A stretch of DNA of 64,000 bases from an uncultured bacterium (lineage in GTDB: Bacteria; Armatimonadota; Abditibacteriia; Abditibacteriales; Abditibacteriaceae), in assembly GCA_963843795.1 (NCBI GenBank), contig CAWJLW010000006.1, positions 744,001-808,000 of the forward strand, read 5' to 3'. Shown here piece after piece: positions 30,882 through 41,893 of the stretch (its first letter is position 1; the number at the start of each line of letters is the position of its first letter). A program made the position numbers and the translations under genes. The notes beneath the pieces are model-generated. The model did not search any database, was not told the DNA's origin, and saw nothing but the letters and a program-made list of their open reading frames with translations.

Positions 30882-32042
30882 TTAGCGCACGCCGAGCAGA
30901 ACTTCGACCGTCAATTGGTCCAACTTTTCATAAGGCAATGAACGTGATACCAAGGCTTCGACATCGAATTCCTGAGCTTTCAATTGCGCGGCGGCATCGG
31001 CAGAGAAAGTGCCAGCGGCGGGCGAATCGCCGTCGCCATTGAGTTTTTGGATGATACCTTGAATTTCCTCGTCGGCATTGAACTGCTGCACTTTTTCTTT
31101 AAGAATCAAATAAGTGCGCATACAGCCTTTGGCAAATTCCCACACATCGTCGGCATCACTCGTGCGTAGCGCATGCGCGTCGAAGTGTTTCGGACCTTGA
31201 TAATTGTTGTCTTCGAGCAATTTCACCAGAAAGAAATTGGTTTTCTGGTCTTCCTGGCCAAAACGCAAATCTTGGTCAAAACGGCCGGGCTTCTGGCCGT
31301 TTAAGTCGACGTGAAACAGTTTGCCCGCATCCAGAGCTTGCGCGACATTGTGGGCGAAATTCAAACCAGCCATTGTGTCGTGGGCAAATTCGGGATTGAC
31401 TCCGACATTTTCGGGATGATCGAGAGTTTCGATGAAGGCCAGCGCGTGGCCGGTCGTGGCGAGATAAATATCGCCGCGTGGCTCGTTGGGCTTGGGTTCA
31501 ATGCACAATTTGTAATTGTAACCTTGATCCATTTGATAAGCGTTAAGGAAGTTGAGAGCTTCACGCATCCATTTCAAGGTGTCTAATGGATTTTTGGCGG
31601 CATCAACTTCACTGCCTTCGCGTCCGCCCCAGAAAACATAAGTTTCCGCGCCCAAATCTTTGCCCAAATCCATGCCGCGCATCGCTTTTTGAATTGCAAA
31701 AGCGCGCACTTTGGGATCGCTGGAAGTGAAGGCGCCGTCCTTGAAAACTGGATGCGAGAATAAATTGGTGGTCGCCATCGGCACTTTCATTCCAGTGTCG
31801 GAAAGCGCGGCCTTAAAACTTTTTAAAATCGCTTCGCGTTCGGCCGGGGTAGCATCGAAGGGAATGAGATCGTTGTCGTGAAGGTTGACGCCGTAAGCGC
31901 CCAGAGGCGCGAGTTTGCGTACGCTATCAGATGGATCGACCGCTGCGCGCACGGCTTCGCCGAATGGGTCGCGTCCCGTGTTGCCAACTGTCCATAAACC
32001 GAAGGTGAATTTGTCCGAAGGTTGGGGCGTGTAATTGCTCAT
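30882..32042 (-). CDS. xylA: Xylose isomerase (class I)
   Basis: [53 protein letters not shown]. Confidence 0.96.
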   Translation of the reverse strand: MSNYTPQPSDKFTFGLWTVGNTGRDPFGEAVRAAVDPSDSVRKLAPLGAYGVNLHDNDLIPFDATPAEREAILKSFKAALSDTGMKVPMATTNLFSHPVFKDGAFTSSDPKVRAFAIQKAMRGMDLGKDLGAETYVFWGGREGSEVDAAKNPLDTLKWMREALNFLNAYQMDQGYNYKLCIEPKPNEPRGDIYLATTGHALAFIETLDHPENVGVNPEFAHDTMAGLNFAHNVAQALDAGKLFHVDLNGQKPGRFDQDLRFGQEDQKTNFFLVKLLEDNNYQGPKHFDAHALRTSDADDVWEFAKGCMRTYLILKEKVQQFNADEEIQGIIQKLNGDGDSPAAGTFSADAAAQLKAQEFDVEALVSRSLPYEKLDQLTVEVLLGVR

Positions 32043-32258
32043 ATTATCCTTTGCACTGAAATTGGAATTGCTCTAATTGTATCGATGAGAGTGCCAGCGC
32101 ACAAGGTTTGAATCAGGTTTCTGGCTCATGAATTTTGACGTTAGCTCAAAAAATCGCTACAATTCATTAACGCACTTCGTTCATTGCGCCTTGCAAGTAC
32201 TTGCACCACTTCTGGCAAGAAAGGTGACGATGACGAGCGTTTCGAGGAGAGAAAACGG

Positions 32259-33854
32259 ATGTCCCCACGCGATGATAACGCAGTAGAAATGAACGCCAAT
32301 AACGGCAATGGCAGCAGTGAGCCGACCCCTAAAGAAGCGCGCAGCAGCCGCAATCCGCGCGTGCAGATGGCGAAAACGCCGTTTCCCGAATTGCAATTGC
32401 CTTTAGGTTACGACGAAATTTGCCGAATTTTGCCGCATCGCTATCCATTTTTGCTGGTCGATAAAATCATCGAACTTGAACCCGGCCATCGTTGCGTAGG
32501 TGTCAAAAACGTCACCGCGAGCGAAGATTTCGTGCAGGGACATTTTCCCGGTCACCCCGTCATGCCGGGAGTTTTAATTCTCGAATCAATGGCGCAAGTT
32601 GCGGGTGTTCTAACGCTGGTTTCGCGCAACACACCGGGCGCTTTGAGTTATTTCGCGGCGATTGAAAAAGCGCGTTTTCGCCAGCCAGTGCGTCCGGGCG
32701 ATGCCGTGGTGACCGAAGCGATTCTGGAAGTTTTGCGCGGCCCGTATTGCAAAGTTCATGTGGTGGGCCGCGTCGATGGGCAAATCGTGGTTGAAGCCGA
32801 TTACACCTTCATGACTTCGGGGGATAACGCCGCTGCCGCCGCCATCACCGCAGTTCAAAACGCCGCGCCTTTCACACAAATGCCAGTGCAAGCGGCACCG
32901 CAGCCGGTTCAGGCCGCACCGCAGCCGGTTCAGGCCGCGCCGCAAACCATGCAGCCTTCATTGCCCAGCGTCGCGCAGCAAAATGGCGGCATGGTCACCC
33001 CACCGCAACAGGCCAATCGTGTTTCGATGGCTTCGCCGCCGCGCGAAAGTTCGGGCGAAACCTTTATTCATCCAACCGCTTTAGTCGATCCCAGTGCCCA
33101 ATTGGGCGCGGGCGCATGGGTCGGCCCGTTTTGCATTGTCGAAAACGATACGGAAATTGGCGAAGGCACAATTTTGGAATCGCATGTCACCATCAAAAGT
33201 GGCACCACGGTAGGAGCACGCTGTCGAATCTGGCCGCACTGTGTGCTGGGTCACGAGCCACAAGATTTGAAATACAAAGGCGAAAAATCGTTTCTGCGCA
33301 TCGGCGACGAAAATATGTTGCGCGAAATGGTGACGATTCACCGCGCGACTGGTGCGGGTCAAGCGACGGTCATTGGCGACAACAATTTGTTCATGGCTTA
33401 TGTTCACGTCGGCCACAATTGCGTGATCGGCAACAAAAATCTCATTTCCAATTCGACCGGCATTTCCGGCCACGTCACGATTGAAGACAAAACTGTGATT
33501 GGTGGCTTTGTTGGCATTCATCAGTTCGTCCACGTCGGAAGAATGGCGATGGTTGGTGGCCTGAGCAAAGTCGTGCAAGATGTGCCGCCGTTCTGCTTGG
33601 CTGATGGCCGACCGGCGAAAACGCGTGGTTTGAATAGTCGTGGCTTGCGGCGCAACGGCGTTCCGTCCGAGGAACGAATTCAGGTTTCCAACGCGGTCAA
33701 GCTTTTATATCGTTCCGAACTGAATACGACCGAAGCCTTATCGCGTATCGCAGATGAAATTCCGCGCAGCGGCACGTTGGATTATCTGGTCAATTTCATC
33801 GAACGCGTGCGCGAAGGCAAACTCGGTCGTCAGGACGAAACCGCGCATTTATAA
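32259..33854 (+). CDS. fabZ-lpxA: Fused 3-hydroxyacyl-ACP dehydratase FabZ and UDP-GlcNAc O-acyltransferase LpxA
   Basis: LPHRYPFLLVD and GHFPGHPVMPGVLILESMAQ (FabZ), a PQ-rich linker, then IHPTALVD, PQDLKYKGE, REMVTIHR and HQFVHVG (LpxA) in one frame. The start codon is uncertain. Confidence 0.9.
   Translation: MSPRDDNAVEMNANNGNGSSEPTPKEARSSRNPRVQMAKTPFPELQLPLGYDEICRILPHRYPFLLVDKIIELEPGHRCVGVKNVTASEDFVQGHFPGHPVMPGVLILESMAQVAGVLTLVSRNTPGALSYFAAIEKARFRQPVRPGDAVVTEAILEVLRGPYCKVHVVGRVDGQIVVEADYTFMTSGDNAAAAAITAVQNAAPFTQMPVQAAPQPVQAAPQPVQAAPQTMQPSLPSVAQQNGGMVTPPQQANRVSMASPPRESSGETFIHPTALVDPSAQLGAGAWVGPFCIVENDTEIGEGTILESHVTIKSGTTVGARCRIWPHCVLGHEPQDLKYKGEKSFLRIGDENMLREMVTIHRATGAGQATVIGDNNLFMAYVHVGHNCVIGNKNLISNSTGISGHVTIEDKTVIGGFVGIHQFVHVGRMAMVGGLSKVVQDVPPFCLADGRPAKTRGLNSRGLRRNGVPSEERIQVSNAVKLLYRSELNTTEALSRIADEIPRSGTLDYLVNFIERVREGKLGRQDETAHL
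32883..32945 (+). repeat. Three 21-bp coding tandem repeats (PVQAAPQ)
   Basis: CCAGTGCAAGCGGCACCGCAG / CCGGTTCAGGCCGCACCGCAG / CCGGTTCAGGCCGCGCCGCAA. Confidence 0.9.
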
Positions 33855-33860
33855 ACCACC

Positions 33861-35027
33861 GTGTCGATGAATTCTTCTGTCGATGCGTCACGCACTCTGC
33901 TGTTCGTAGCGGGCGATGTCTCAGGCGATGTGCATTGTGCGCGTCTGGCGCGTCTGATTTTGCAGAAATATCCCGACTGGAAAATTTATGCGCTGGGCGG
34001 GCCGCATCTCAAAGCTGCTGGCGCGCAATTACTGGCCGATACCAGTGGTTTCGGCGTTATCGGTTTCGCGGCGGCACTCTCGTTAATTCCACGCGCGCTG
34101 CAATTGCAGGCGCAAGTACTTGCATGGCTTCAAAAACAGCCTATTGATGCCGTAATCTTGTGCGATTGGGGCGCTTTTAATGCGCGCCTGTTGCCGAAAC
34201 TGCATGCGCGAAAGTTGCGGACGATGTTTTATTTTCCGCCGCGCTCGTGGCAGAAAAACGGTTCGGGCGGGTTGGGAATCGCGCAGCAAGTCGACGTAAT
34301 TGCCACACCATTCCAATGGTCGGCCCAGCGTTTGAATGCAGCGGGCGGGAAGGCGCATTGGGTCGGTCATCCGGTTTTGGAACTGCGTGCCGAAATTGGC
34401 GAACGTGCAGCATTGCGCCAAGAATTTGGTGTGGCCGATGATGAAAAAATGATCGCGCTGTTGCCAGGTTCGCGCGCTCTGGAATGGAAATCTATCGCAC
34501 CGCACATCAACGGTGCAGTGACAATTTTAAAGCGTGAACCCAATTTGAAGTTTGTGGCCGCGATTGCGCCAGGCGCGCAAAAACGCGCCCGCAAGTACTT
34601 GCAGGCAGACATTCGCGTGATTGAAAACCGCAGTGCGCACGTACTTGCGGCGTGCGATGCGGCAATTGTTAAAAGCGGCACTTCAACGCTCGAAGCGTGC
34701 GCTTTGAATGCGCCGCAAGTCGTGGTTTACGACGTGCCAACTTTGCTGCGTTGGCAATGGAAATGGACGTTGCAGAAAAAAGTACCATTTGTCGCGATGC
34801 CCAATATTTTGTTGGGACGCGAACTGGTCACCGAACTGCTGGGCGACAATTGTCGCCCAGAACAAATTGCGCAGCAAGTGTTGCAACTTTTGAATGCGGA
34901 ACGTCGCGATCAACTGCTTGATGGTTACACTGCCGTGCATCACGCTTTAGGCGCACAATTATCTGGCACCGCAACCGAGCGCACGCTGGAAGTTTTGGAG
35001 GATTTGCTGAAAAAGCGCACTGCTTGA
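33861..35027 (+). CDS. lpxB: Lipid-A-disaccharide synthase
   Basis: VAGDVSGD, WVGHP, ALLPGSR, KSGTSTLE, MPNILL; follows lpxA. Confidence 0.92.
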   Translation: MSMNSSVDASRTLLFVAGDVSGDVHCARLARLILQKYPDWKIYALGGPHLKAAGAQLLADTSGFGVIGFAAALSLIPRALQLQAQVLAWLQKQPIDAVILCDWGAFNARLLPKLHARKLRTMFYFPPRSWQKNGSGGLGIAQQVDVIATPFQWSAQRLNAAGGKAHWVGHPVLELRAEIGERAALRQEFGVADDEKMIALLPGSRALEWKSIAPHINGAVTILKREPNLKFVAAIAPGAQKRARKYLQADIRVIENRSAHVLAACDAAIVKSGTSTLEACALNAPQVVVYDVPTLLRWQWKWTLQKKVPFVAMPNILLGRELVTELLGDNCRPEQIAQQVLQLLNAERRDQLLDGYTAVHHALGAQLSGTATERTLEVLEDLLKKRTA

Positions 35028-35028
35028 A

Positions 35029-35688
35029 ATGTCCAGTTCTATGAATCAAACGCCCGAAAATGCCACTGCAAGTACTTGCAATACGCCCTCCAACGAGACA
35101 ACGAGCGAAACTCCGGAGCCGCGCTACAGACAAAGCGGCCTTTGGGCGCGCTTGCGCTTGCCGCTGACGATTTTGGCGATGCTCATTTTGCCGTTCGTCG
35201 CGTGGAAATTTGCCCTCGCTTCGTGGTTGCGCTGGTCGTTTCCGCTCGGAGTTCTCGTCACCTTGTGCGGCGTAGCTTTGCGCGTGTGGGCAGCGGGCTG
35301 GTTGCACAAACATCAGGCTTTGGCGACGAGCGGGCCCTATGCTCTGGTGCGCCATCCGTTGTACACCGGCACCGGATTGTCGGCGGCGGGCCAGGGTTTG
35401 ATGAGCGGCGTACCGGTCGCGATGTTGGTTTTGCCCGTCTTGTGGCTTTTATTGTATCGGCAGGCGATTAAGGAAGAAGAACAGTTTTTAATTTCCAAAT
35501 ACGGCGATGATTATCGCCAGTTTCAGCGCGAAGTGCCGGCTCTGGTGCCGCTTCCGGGACGCGGCTGGCCTGCGCGCACCGGCAGGAATTTTACCTGGGC
35601 ACAAGCATGGCTCAATCGGGAATATGAAGGCGTTTTCGTCAATGCGTTGATTACTGCCGTTTACGCGTGGCTGTATTGGCGAATGTGA
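35029..35688 (+). CDS. ICMT/PEMT-family membrane methyltransferase
   Basis: LRVWAAG, LATSGPYALVRHPLYTG, EEQFL..KYG..Y..F...VP. Confidence 0.85.
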   Translation: MSSSMNQTPENATASTCNTPSNETTSETPEPRYRQSGLWARLRLPLTILAMLILPFVAWKFALASWLRWSFPLGVLVTLCGVALRVWAAGWLHKHQALATSGPYALVRHPLYTGTGLSAAGQGLMSGVPVAMLVLPVLWLLLYRQAIKEEEQFLISKYGDDYRQFQREVPALVPLPGRGWPARTGRNFTWAQAWLNREYEGVFVNALITAVYAWLYWRM

Positions 35689-35720
35689 CCAATGCGAGTT
35701 ATTGAGACGCTCGCTTTACC

Positions 35721-37628
35721 ATGAAAAATTTGCGACGAATTTACGCTTATTTGCACCCTCATCGCAGTGCCGTCGTGCTGTCGATCATCTTCATGATTGC
35801 TTCGGGCTTACTCACGCTGGCGTTTTTGTTGTTGTTTCAAAACGTGCTCAGCGGAATTATGCACGTCGCCAAGCCCGAACAAATTCTCAAAGGTGCACAG
35901 GAGCTGCTTAAAAGTGGCGCGTCCGATGCCCAGATCGGCGCTCAACTACGCACCGATTCCAATGTACCGCTCGACCGCAGCGAGATGTTGCGGCAGTTGA
36001 ACTGGTTCATGGTCGTGGTGATTTTGTGGGCCATTGCGCGCGTCGTGGTCGATTTTGCGATGCAATATCTCACGCAACGCACCGGACAGTTGGCGCTGGC
36101 ACAGTTGCGTTTGGATTTGTTCGCTCATTTTCAGCGTTTGTCGATCAGTTTCTTCGAGTCGCGGCGCACGGGCGACATCATGAGCCGCCTCACCAACGAT
36201 TTGGGCGCGCTGCAAACTGTGCTCACGGTTGCCGTGATTGCGGCGATTCGCGCACCAGTCGAAGCGTTGGGTTCGCTGGGCTTCATGTTTTACACAAACT
36301 GGAAACTGTCGCTGTTCGTGTTCCTAATTCTGCCGCCGATGGCGCTTCTCATCAACCGCGCCGGACAGCGCATCCGGCGCGCGACCTCAGCTTTGCAGGC
36401 GCAGTTGGGCGAACTGACAAACTATCTGCAGGAAAAAATCGCCGCGATGCGCTTGATTCAAACTTTTGGCACGCGCGATTACGAAATCGCGCGCTTTGCC
36501 GAAGTCAATGAAGAAGCTTATCGGCGCACGATGAAGCCGATTCGTATTAGCGCGAGCCTCGGCCCGTCGATTGATTTCACCGGTTACATGGGCGTTTTTT
36601 CGGTATTATGGTTCGGTGCGCGCAGCGGCATGGCACCCGAAGAATTACTGGTATTTTTGTTCGCCATGCACCGCGCGGCGATGAACTTTAAAGCGGTTGC
36701 GAGCTTGAGCAATATGTTCAAAAGTGCTGATGCCGCTGCTGATCGCTTGTTCGAAATGCTCGATGCGCAGCCCGAAGTCGTCGATGCGCCTGACGCTTTG
36801 GCTCTTGACCCCAATGATGTGCGCGGCCATCTACGTTTTGAAAACGTGCGCTTTGGCTACGCAGCCGAAAACGAAATTTTACACGGTGTCAACTTTGAAA
36901 TCGCACCCGGCGAAGTCGTCGCGATTGTCGGCCAAACTGGTTCGGGCAAAAGCACGATTGCTTCCCTAGTGCCGCGCTTGTACGATCCTTCTGCAGGGCG
37001 CGTGACTTTGGATGGGCGCGATCTGCGCGAAATTACGCTCGATTCGCTGCGTTCGTGCATCGGTGCGGTGCCGCAAGATATTACGCTTTTTCACGGTAGT
37101 ATTCGCGAAAATATCGCTTATGCGCGGCCCGATGCGACGCGCGAAGAAATTGAAAACGCCGCCCGATTGGCACACGCGGATGAATTTATCCTCGCGCAAC
37201 CCAACGGATACGATACGCAAATTGGAGAGCGTGGCACCAAACTTTCTGGAGGCCAGCGCCAGCGTCTGGCAATTGCGCGCGCCCTGTTGCGCGACCCGAA
37301 AATTTTGCTTTTAGATGAAGCGACTTCTTCGCTCGATGCCAATACCGAAGCTTTAGTCCAAGATGCGCTGGAAACTTTGATGCGTGGTCGTACGACTTTG
37401 GTCATTGCGCACCGTTTTTCGACAATTCAAAATGCGGATCGGATTTTGGTGTTGGAGCAGGGGCGCGTGGTGGAAAGCGGCAAACATCAAGAATTATTGG
37501 AGAAGGGCGGGTTGTATGCGCATTTATATCAGCGCCAAACGCTTTTCGATGGGCGCGATGTTGCCACCGCACCAATTGATGCGCCGCTGGAATTGCCGAT
37601 GGGGGCGCTATTGGGAGAAGCGGCGTAA
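35721..37628 (+). CDS. msbA: ABC exporter, fused TM and ATPase domains (MsbA-like lipid A flippase)
   Basis: RTGDIMSRLTND, GQTGSGKST, LSGGQRQR, DEATSSLD; sits within the lipid A cluster. Confidence 0.8.
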   Translation: MKNLRRIYAYLHPHRSAVVLSIIFMIASGLLTLAFLLLFQNVLSGIMHVAKPEQILKGAQELLKSGASDAQIGAQLRTDSNVPLDRSEMLRQLNWFMVVVILWAIARVVVDFAMQYLTQRTGQLALAQLRLDLFAHFQRLSISFFESRRTGDIMSRLTNDLGALQTVLTVAVIAAIRAPVEALGSLGFMFYTNWKLSLFVFLILPPMALLINRAGQRIRRATSALQAQLGELTNYLQEKIAAMRLIQTFGTRDYEIARFAEVNEEAYRRTMKPIRISASLGPSIDFTGYMGVFSVLWFGARSGMAPEELLVFLFAMHRAAMNFKAVASLSNMFKSADAAADRLFEMLDAQPEVVDAPDALALDPNDVRGHLRFENVRFGYAAENEILHGVNFEIAPGEVVAIVGQTGSGKSTIASLVPRLYDPSAGRVTLDGRDLREITLDSLRSCIGAVPQDITLFHGSIRENIAYARPDATREEIENAARLAHADEFILAQPNGYDTQIGERGTKLSGGQRQRLAIARALLRDPKILLLDEATSSLDANTEALVQDALETLMRGRTTLVIAHRFSTIQNADRILVLEQGRVVESGKHQELLEKGGLYAHLYQRQTLFDGRDVATAPIDAPLELPMGALLGEAA

Positions 37629-37678
37629 CGGTGTGCAAGTACTTGCACTGCGCTATAAGCGTGTGGTTTAGCTTTACG

Positions 37679-39775
37679 ATGAAATCCGAAGAAACTGTGC
37701 TGCCGGAAATTTCTATGACCGATGTGACAGGGGTGGAAACGTGTCCGGCAGCAATGGAAAAAACTACGCACAAAGTGTCGCCCAAAGCCTTGAAGCGCAA
37801 TCGTTATGTCGGGCGTTTCATCGGGCGTTGTGCGCGCTTGCTCGGCGCAACTCTGCGCATTACATGGCGCGGTGAAGAACAGCTGCGCGCGGTGCAAAAG
37901 CGCGGCGAAAACGGCGGGCGCGGCGGAATATTTTCGCTCTGGCATGGCCAACTGCTGCTGCCTTCTCTGGCTTTGCGCGACCGCGATTATGTGGGTTTGG
38001 TATCGAGTTCGGCAGATGGGGAAATTGCGGCTTCGGCGCTGGAAACGCTGGGCTGGCAAACCCGGCGCGGTTCGGGAACCTGGAATTCTATCGGTGCCGC
38101 GCGTGATTTGTTGCGTGCTTTGAAAGATGGAAAAATCGTCGGCATCACGCCCGATGGCCCGCAGGGGCCTTCGCGCATCGCAGCTGTAGGCGCGGTGCGC
38201 ATCGCTAAGAATCTGGATTGCGAAATGTGGCCAATTGGCGTGGCTGCCGAAGGTTTGCATTTCAAAACTTGGGATCAGATGATCGTACCGCGACCGTTTT
38301 CGCGCGTGGTCATCGTGGCCGATAAACCTTTCGATTCAGAACAATCTTCCACGCTCGAAGTCGCGATGTGGCACGCCGAGAATCGCGCGCAAGAAGAACT
38401 CAAGCGTTTGCAAAAGCACGACGCCAACCGTCGCGCGACTCTGGCTTTCAACACCTTATTAACACCGTTTCTGCCCGCGCTTTGGGGTTACACGCAGTGG
38501 CGGCGCGAAGTGCAAGGCAAATCTGCCGCTTCCACACGCGGGATGTGGGGCCATATTCCACGCTCGGCATTACAAAATTTGCGTCCGTCCCACTTCCATA
38601 AAAATGCGCCCGTGATTTGGATTCACGCGGTTTCCGTCGGCGAAGCGATGGCGGCGCGTATCGTGGCACGCGCGCTGCGTGAGGAAATTCCTGACGCGCG
38701 GTTGGGTTTGTCGGTGACAACCGATACCGGAATGGAAACCGCGCGCGCGGGCCAGAAAGCCGGTGATTTCGATGCGGTGTGGTTTTATCCGATTGACGCG
38801 CCGGTTGCCGTGCGCCGCGCATTGAACCAGATTCGTCCACAGGTTTTCCTGACTTTGGAAACCGAATTGTGGCCCAATTTTTTGGCCGAATGCAAAGCGC
38901 GTGGTATTCAAACTTTTCTGGTCAACGGTCGCGTTTCCGACCGTTTGCTGGCTTCCGCACCACGTTTGGGCCGATTTTATCGCTGGATGCTAGGCAATTT
39001 TGATGCGCTGCTGATGCGCTCGTTCGAAGACGCCGCGCGCTTGAAAGCCGCCTTCGGTCGCGTCGCCAATGTGCAGGTCGCGGGCGATGTCAAGCTCGAT
39101 GTCATAACCGCTGAATGCGCCGATGACGAGCGCTCTAAATGGCGCGAAATTTTGCGATTGCAAAGCAACGAGCGTCTGTGGGTTGCGGGTTCGACGCACG
39201 AAGGCGAAGAAGCCATCATCGCGAATGCGTGGCAGAAAACGCGCCAAGAACTACCCAAAACTTCGCTGCGATTATTGATTGCACCACGCCACGTCGAACG
39301 TGTACCGCAAGTACTTGCTACGCTGCATCAAAGGGGTTACAAAACAATTTTGCGTTCACAATTGAACGCTAAAGATGCCGTGCAACTACTTGCTGATACG
39401 ATTATTGTGCTCGATACGATTGGTGAACTGGCGCAGACCTACAGCGCGTGCGATGTCGCATTCGTAGGTGGTTCATTGATCGAACGCGGCGGTCACAATT
39501 TGTTGGAGCCAGTCCTGCGCGGCGCACCAGTTCTGTTCGGACCGCATGTGATGAATTTTCGTGGTGCCGCACAGTTAGTGAAAAGCCACAACTTGGGCCA
39601 ATGCGTGCATAATGAAGGTGAGCTATGCGCGGCGCTATTGAACTGGCTAAACGGCAACCGCGCCGCGGATGATTTCGCGGTGCGCGTGAACGAAGCAGTC
39701 GGCGCACATCGCGGCGCAGCGCAGCGCGTGGCCCAAACGGTGCGCGCCGCGTTGGAAGCGCGAGCTTCGCGATGA
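37679..39775 (+). CDS. waaA: DUF374 (lysophospholipid acyltransferase-like) domain fused to Kdo transferase
   Basis: N-terminus: WHGQ, SSSADGE, RRGS, ITPDGPQGP. C-terminus: WIHAVSVGE, ETELWPN, GSTHEGEE, APRHVER, GGHNLLEP. Confidence 0.88.
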   Translation: MKSEETVLPEISMTDVTGVETCPAAMEKTTHKVSPKALKRNRYVGRFIGRCARLLGATLRITWRGEEQLRAVQKRGENGGRGGIFSLWHGQLLLPSLALRDRDYVGLVSSSADGEIAASALETLGWQTRRGSGTWNSIGAARDLLRALKDGKIVGITPDGPQGPSRIAAVGAVRIAKNLDCEMWPIGVAAEGLHFKTWDQMIVPRPFSRVVIVADKPFDSEQSSTLEVAMWHAENRAQEELKRLQKHDANRRATLAFNTLLTPFLPALWGYTQWRREVQGKSAASTRGMWGHIPRSALQNLRPSHFHKNAPVIWIHAVSVGEAMAARIVARALREEIPDARLGLSVTTDTGMETARAGQKAGDFDAVWFYPIDAPVAVRRALNQIRPQVFLTLETELWPNFLAECKARGIQTFLVNGRVSDRLLASAPRLGRFYRWMLGNFDALLMRSFEDAARLKAAFGRVANVQVAGDVKLDVITAECADDERSKWREILRLQSNERLWVAGSTHEGEEAIIANAWQKTRQELPKTSLRLLIAPRHVERVPQVLATLHQRGYKTILRSQLNAKDAVQLLADTIIVLDTIGELAQTYSACDVAFVGGSLIERGGHNLLEPVLRGAPVLFGPHVMNFRGAAQLVKSHNLGQCVHNEGELCAALLNWLNGNRAADDFAVRVNEAVGAHRGAAQRVAQTVRAALEARASR

Positions 39776-40804
39776 AAACAGAGAAATTACGCCGCACGTT
39801 GGGCGAAAAAATTTACGCGTATTTTTTGCAGCGCCGCCGCGCACGTTTTGCAGTCGCGCACGAAATCGCGGATGTAAGCATTGTTTCGATTGGGAATTTG
39901 ACGTTGGGCGGCACGGGCAAAACGCCGTGCGTGCAATGGCTGGCCGCGCGATTGAGAAACGACGATTTCCGGCCTGCAATTGTGGCGCGTGGCTACGGTG
40001 GAACATTGTCGGGTAAAGGCGCACTGGTCAGCGATGGCCGCACGATTTTCCTGGGCGCGCACCAATCGGGCGATGAGGCTTTGTTGCACGCGCGCGCGCT
40101 ACCTGATGTGCCGGTTATTATCGGGCGCGAACGGAAAAATGCAGTCGAGCGCGCGCGCGATTTGGGCTGCAATATTATAGTGCTGGACGATGGTTTTCAA
40201 TACTGGTCACTGGCGCGCGCCTTCGATTTGGTGTTGTTGGATGCGCGTCGTCCGTTCGATAACGAAAGACTGCTGCCACGCGGTCGGTTGCGCGAAGAGA
40301 TTGGCGAATTACAACGCGCCAACGCTGTACTTTTTAACGCGCGCCGACCGCGCCAGCGCTGCGCAGTTGCAACGTGCGCGCGACGCGGTCGCGAACTATC
40401 AATTGCCGGTTTTCACCGCGCAGCATTCGCCGCAGGTATTGTCGGTGTGGAATGGCAATTCGTGGGGCGAAAAACCGCTATCGGCGTTGAAAGGAAAACC
40501 AGTCGCGTGCCTATCGGCGATTGCTGATAATGCGGGTTTTGTTCACGAAATCGAACGTTGTGGCGCGCAAGTTAGCGCGCAGTTGGGGCGGCGCGATCAT
40601 CACGGCTGGCGACCGCGCGAAATCGAAAAATTCGCCCATTGGGCGCACCAACGTGGTGCGCGTGCGCTGGTGACAACGGCCAAGGACGCGGTGAAAATTG
40701 CGCCCGAATGGTGCGCGCCGTGCGAATTTTGGGCGTTGCAAATTGCCCTGAAAATTAATGATGAAGACGAGTTGTATCAGTTGGTGCGCGCGAAATTGAA
40801 TTAA
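39772..40804 (+). CDS. lpxK: Tetraacyldisaccharide 4'-kinase (one extra base in a T run at about 40331-40335, probably a sequencing error)
   Basis: SIGNLTLGGTGKTP, RGYGG, GDE, LDDGFQ, LPRGRLRE; continues in another frame with TRAD...SAIAD...DHH...VTTAKDAVK. Confidence 0.92.
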
Positions 40805-40875
40805 ACGGTTTGATTTAACATTGCAAGTACTTGCAGAGCAGTTTGGAAATTGTCACGTTCTAAAATTCTAAAATA

Positions 40876-41835
40876 ATGAACGAAACCGATAAAAAACAGA
40901 AAGTACCACGCGATTTCCGTGCGCGCACGCTGGGCGAAGTCGCGTTGGTGCGCGGCATCGGTGGCACGATGGAGCGCGCTTCGTTCGACGCTTGTCGGCG
41001 CGCGGGTGCGTGGCTGGGGCTGGCGCTTTTCGGCGCGCTCAAGCATCGGCGTGGCGTGGCGATTGATAACATTCAGCGCGCGTTTCCGAGTGTTAGTCGG
41101 GCGCGCGCTAGTCAAATGGCGCGTCGTTCGTCGCAGAATTTCGCGATGACGTTTTGCGAGTTTTTACATCTGCGGGCGGCCAGCAAATCCGAGATTCGCG
41201 CTTATTGCGATTTCGATGGTTTCGAGCACATCGAGCACGCTTTGGAAAGCGGGCATGGCTGTATTTTGCTGACGGCGCATCTGGGCAATTGGGAAGTGAT
41301 GGGCGCGCGCGCCACGCAGGAATTTCCGCTTGCTGTGGTCGCGCGACCGACATCGAACGCGGGCGTTGAAGCACACATTCAGGCTTGTCGCGAAGCAGGC
41401 GGTTTGCGTGTCGTTTCCAAATACGATATGGCGCGCGCTTCGTTGGGAGTTTTGCGCGGTGGCGGGACACTGGGCATTCTGCCCGATCAATACAGTCGCG
41501 ATGATGGATTGTTGTTGCCACTTTTTGGCCACAACACGCGCTTTACGCCTGCCGTAGCAAAGTTGGCGCAAGTGTCGCGCGCGCCGGTCGTGCCGGCGTT
41601 TGGCGTGCGACGCGAACCGTTTTTCAGCAACGGTCATATTGTGGCGACGATGAGCGAAGGTTTCACCATTCCGCGCGCCGGACGCGGTGACAGCGAAAGC
41701 GAGCGCGCTGCGCAAATTCGGCGCGGCACGCTGCGCTGCATTGGGGAATTGGAAAACATTGTGCGCGCGCATCCTGTGCAATGGATGTGGTTGCATCGGC
41801 GCTGGCGCGATGAAGATTTAAACGCAGGAAATTAA
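40876..41835 (+). CDS. Lipid A late acyltransferase (LpxL/HtrB family)
   Basis: TAHLGNWE, LPDQ, QWMWLHRRW. Confidence 0.9.
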   Translation: MNETDKKQKVPRDFRARTLGEVALVRGIGGTMERASFDACRRAGAWLGLALFGALKHRRGVAIDNIQRAFPSVSRARASQMARRSSQNFAMTFCEFLHLRAASKSEIRAYCDFDGFEHIEHALESGHGCILLTAHLGNWEVMGARATQEFPLAVVARPTSNAGVEAHIQACREAGGLRVVSKYDMARASLGVLRGGGTLGILPDQYSRDDGLLLPLFGHNTRFTPAVAKLAQVSRAPVVPAFGVRREPFFSNGHIVATMSEGFTIPRAGRGDSESERAAQIRRGTLRCIGELENIVRAHPVQWMWLHRRWRDEDLNAGN

Positions 41836-41893
41836 AATGTGCATTGCAAGTACTTGCAGCATGCTGTCGGTGAAGTAGAGAAGCGAAAGCGAG

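Noticed and set aside
39772..40804. lpxK as a pseudogene or phase-variable gene
   Set aside because: Removing one T from a short T5 run restores the frame, and both halves are conserved. The tract is too short to be a convincing phase-variation site.
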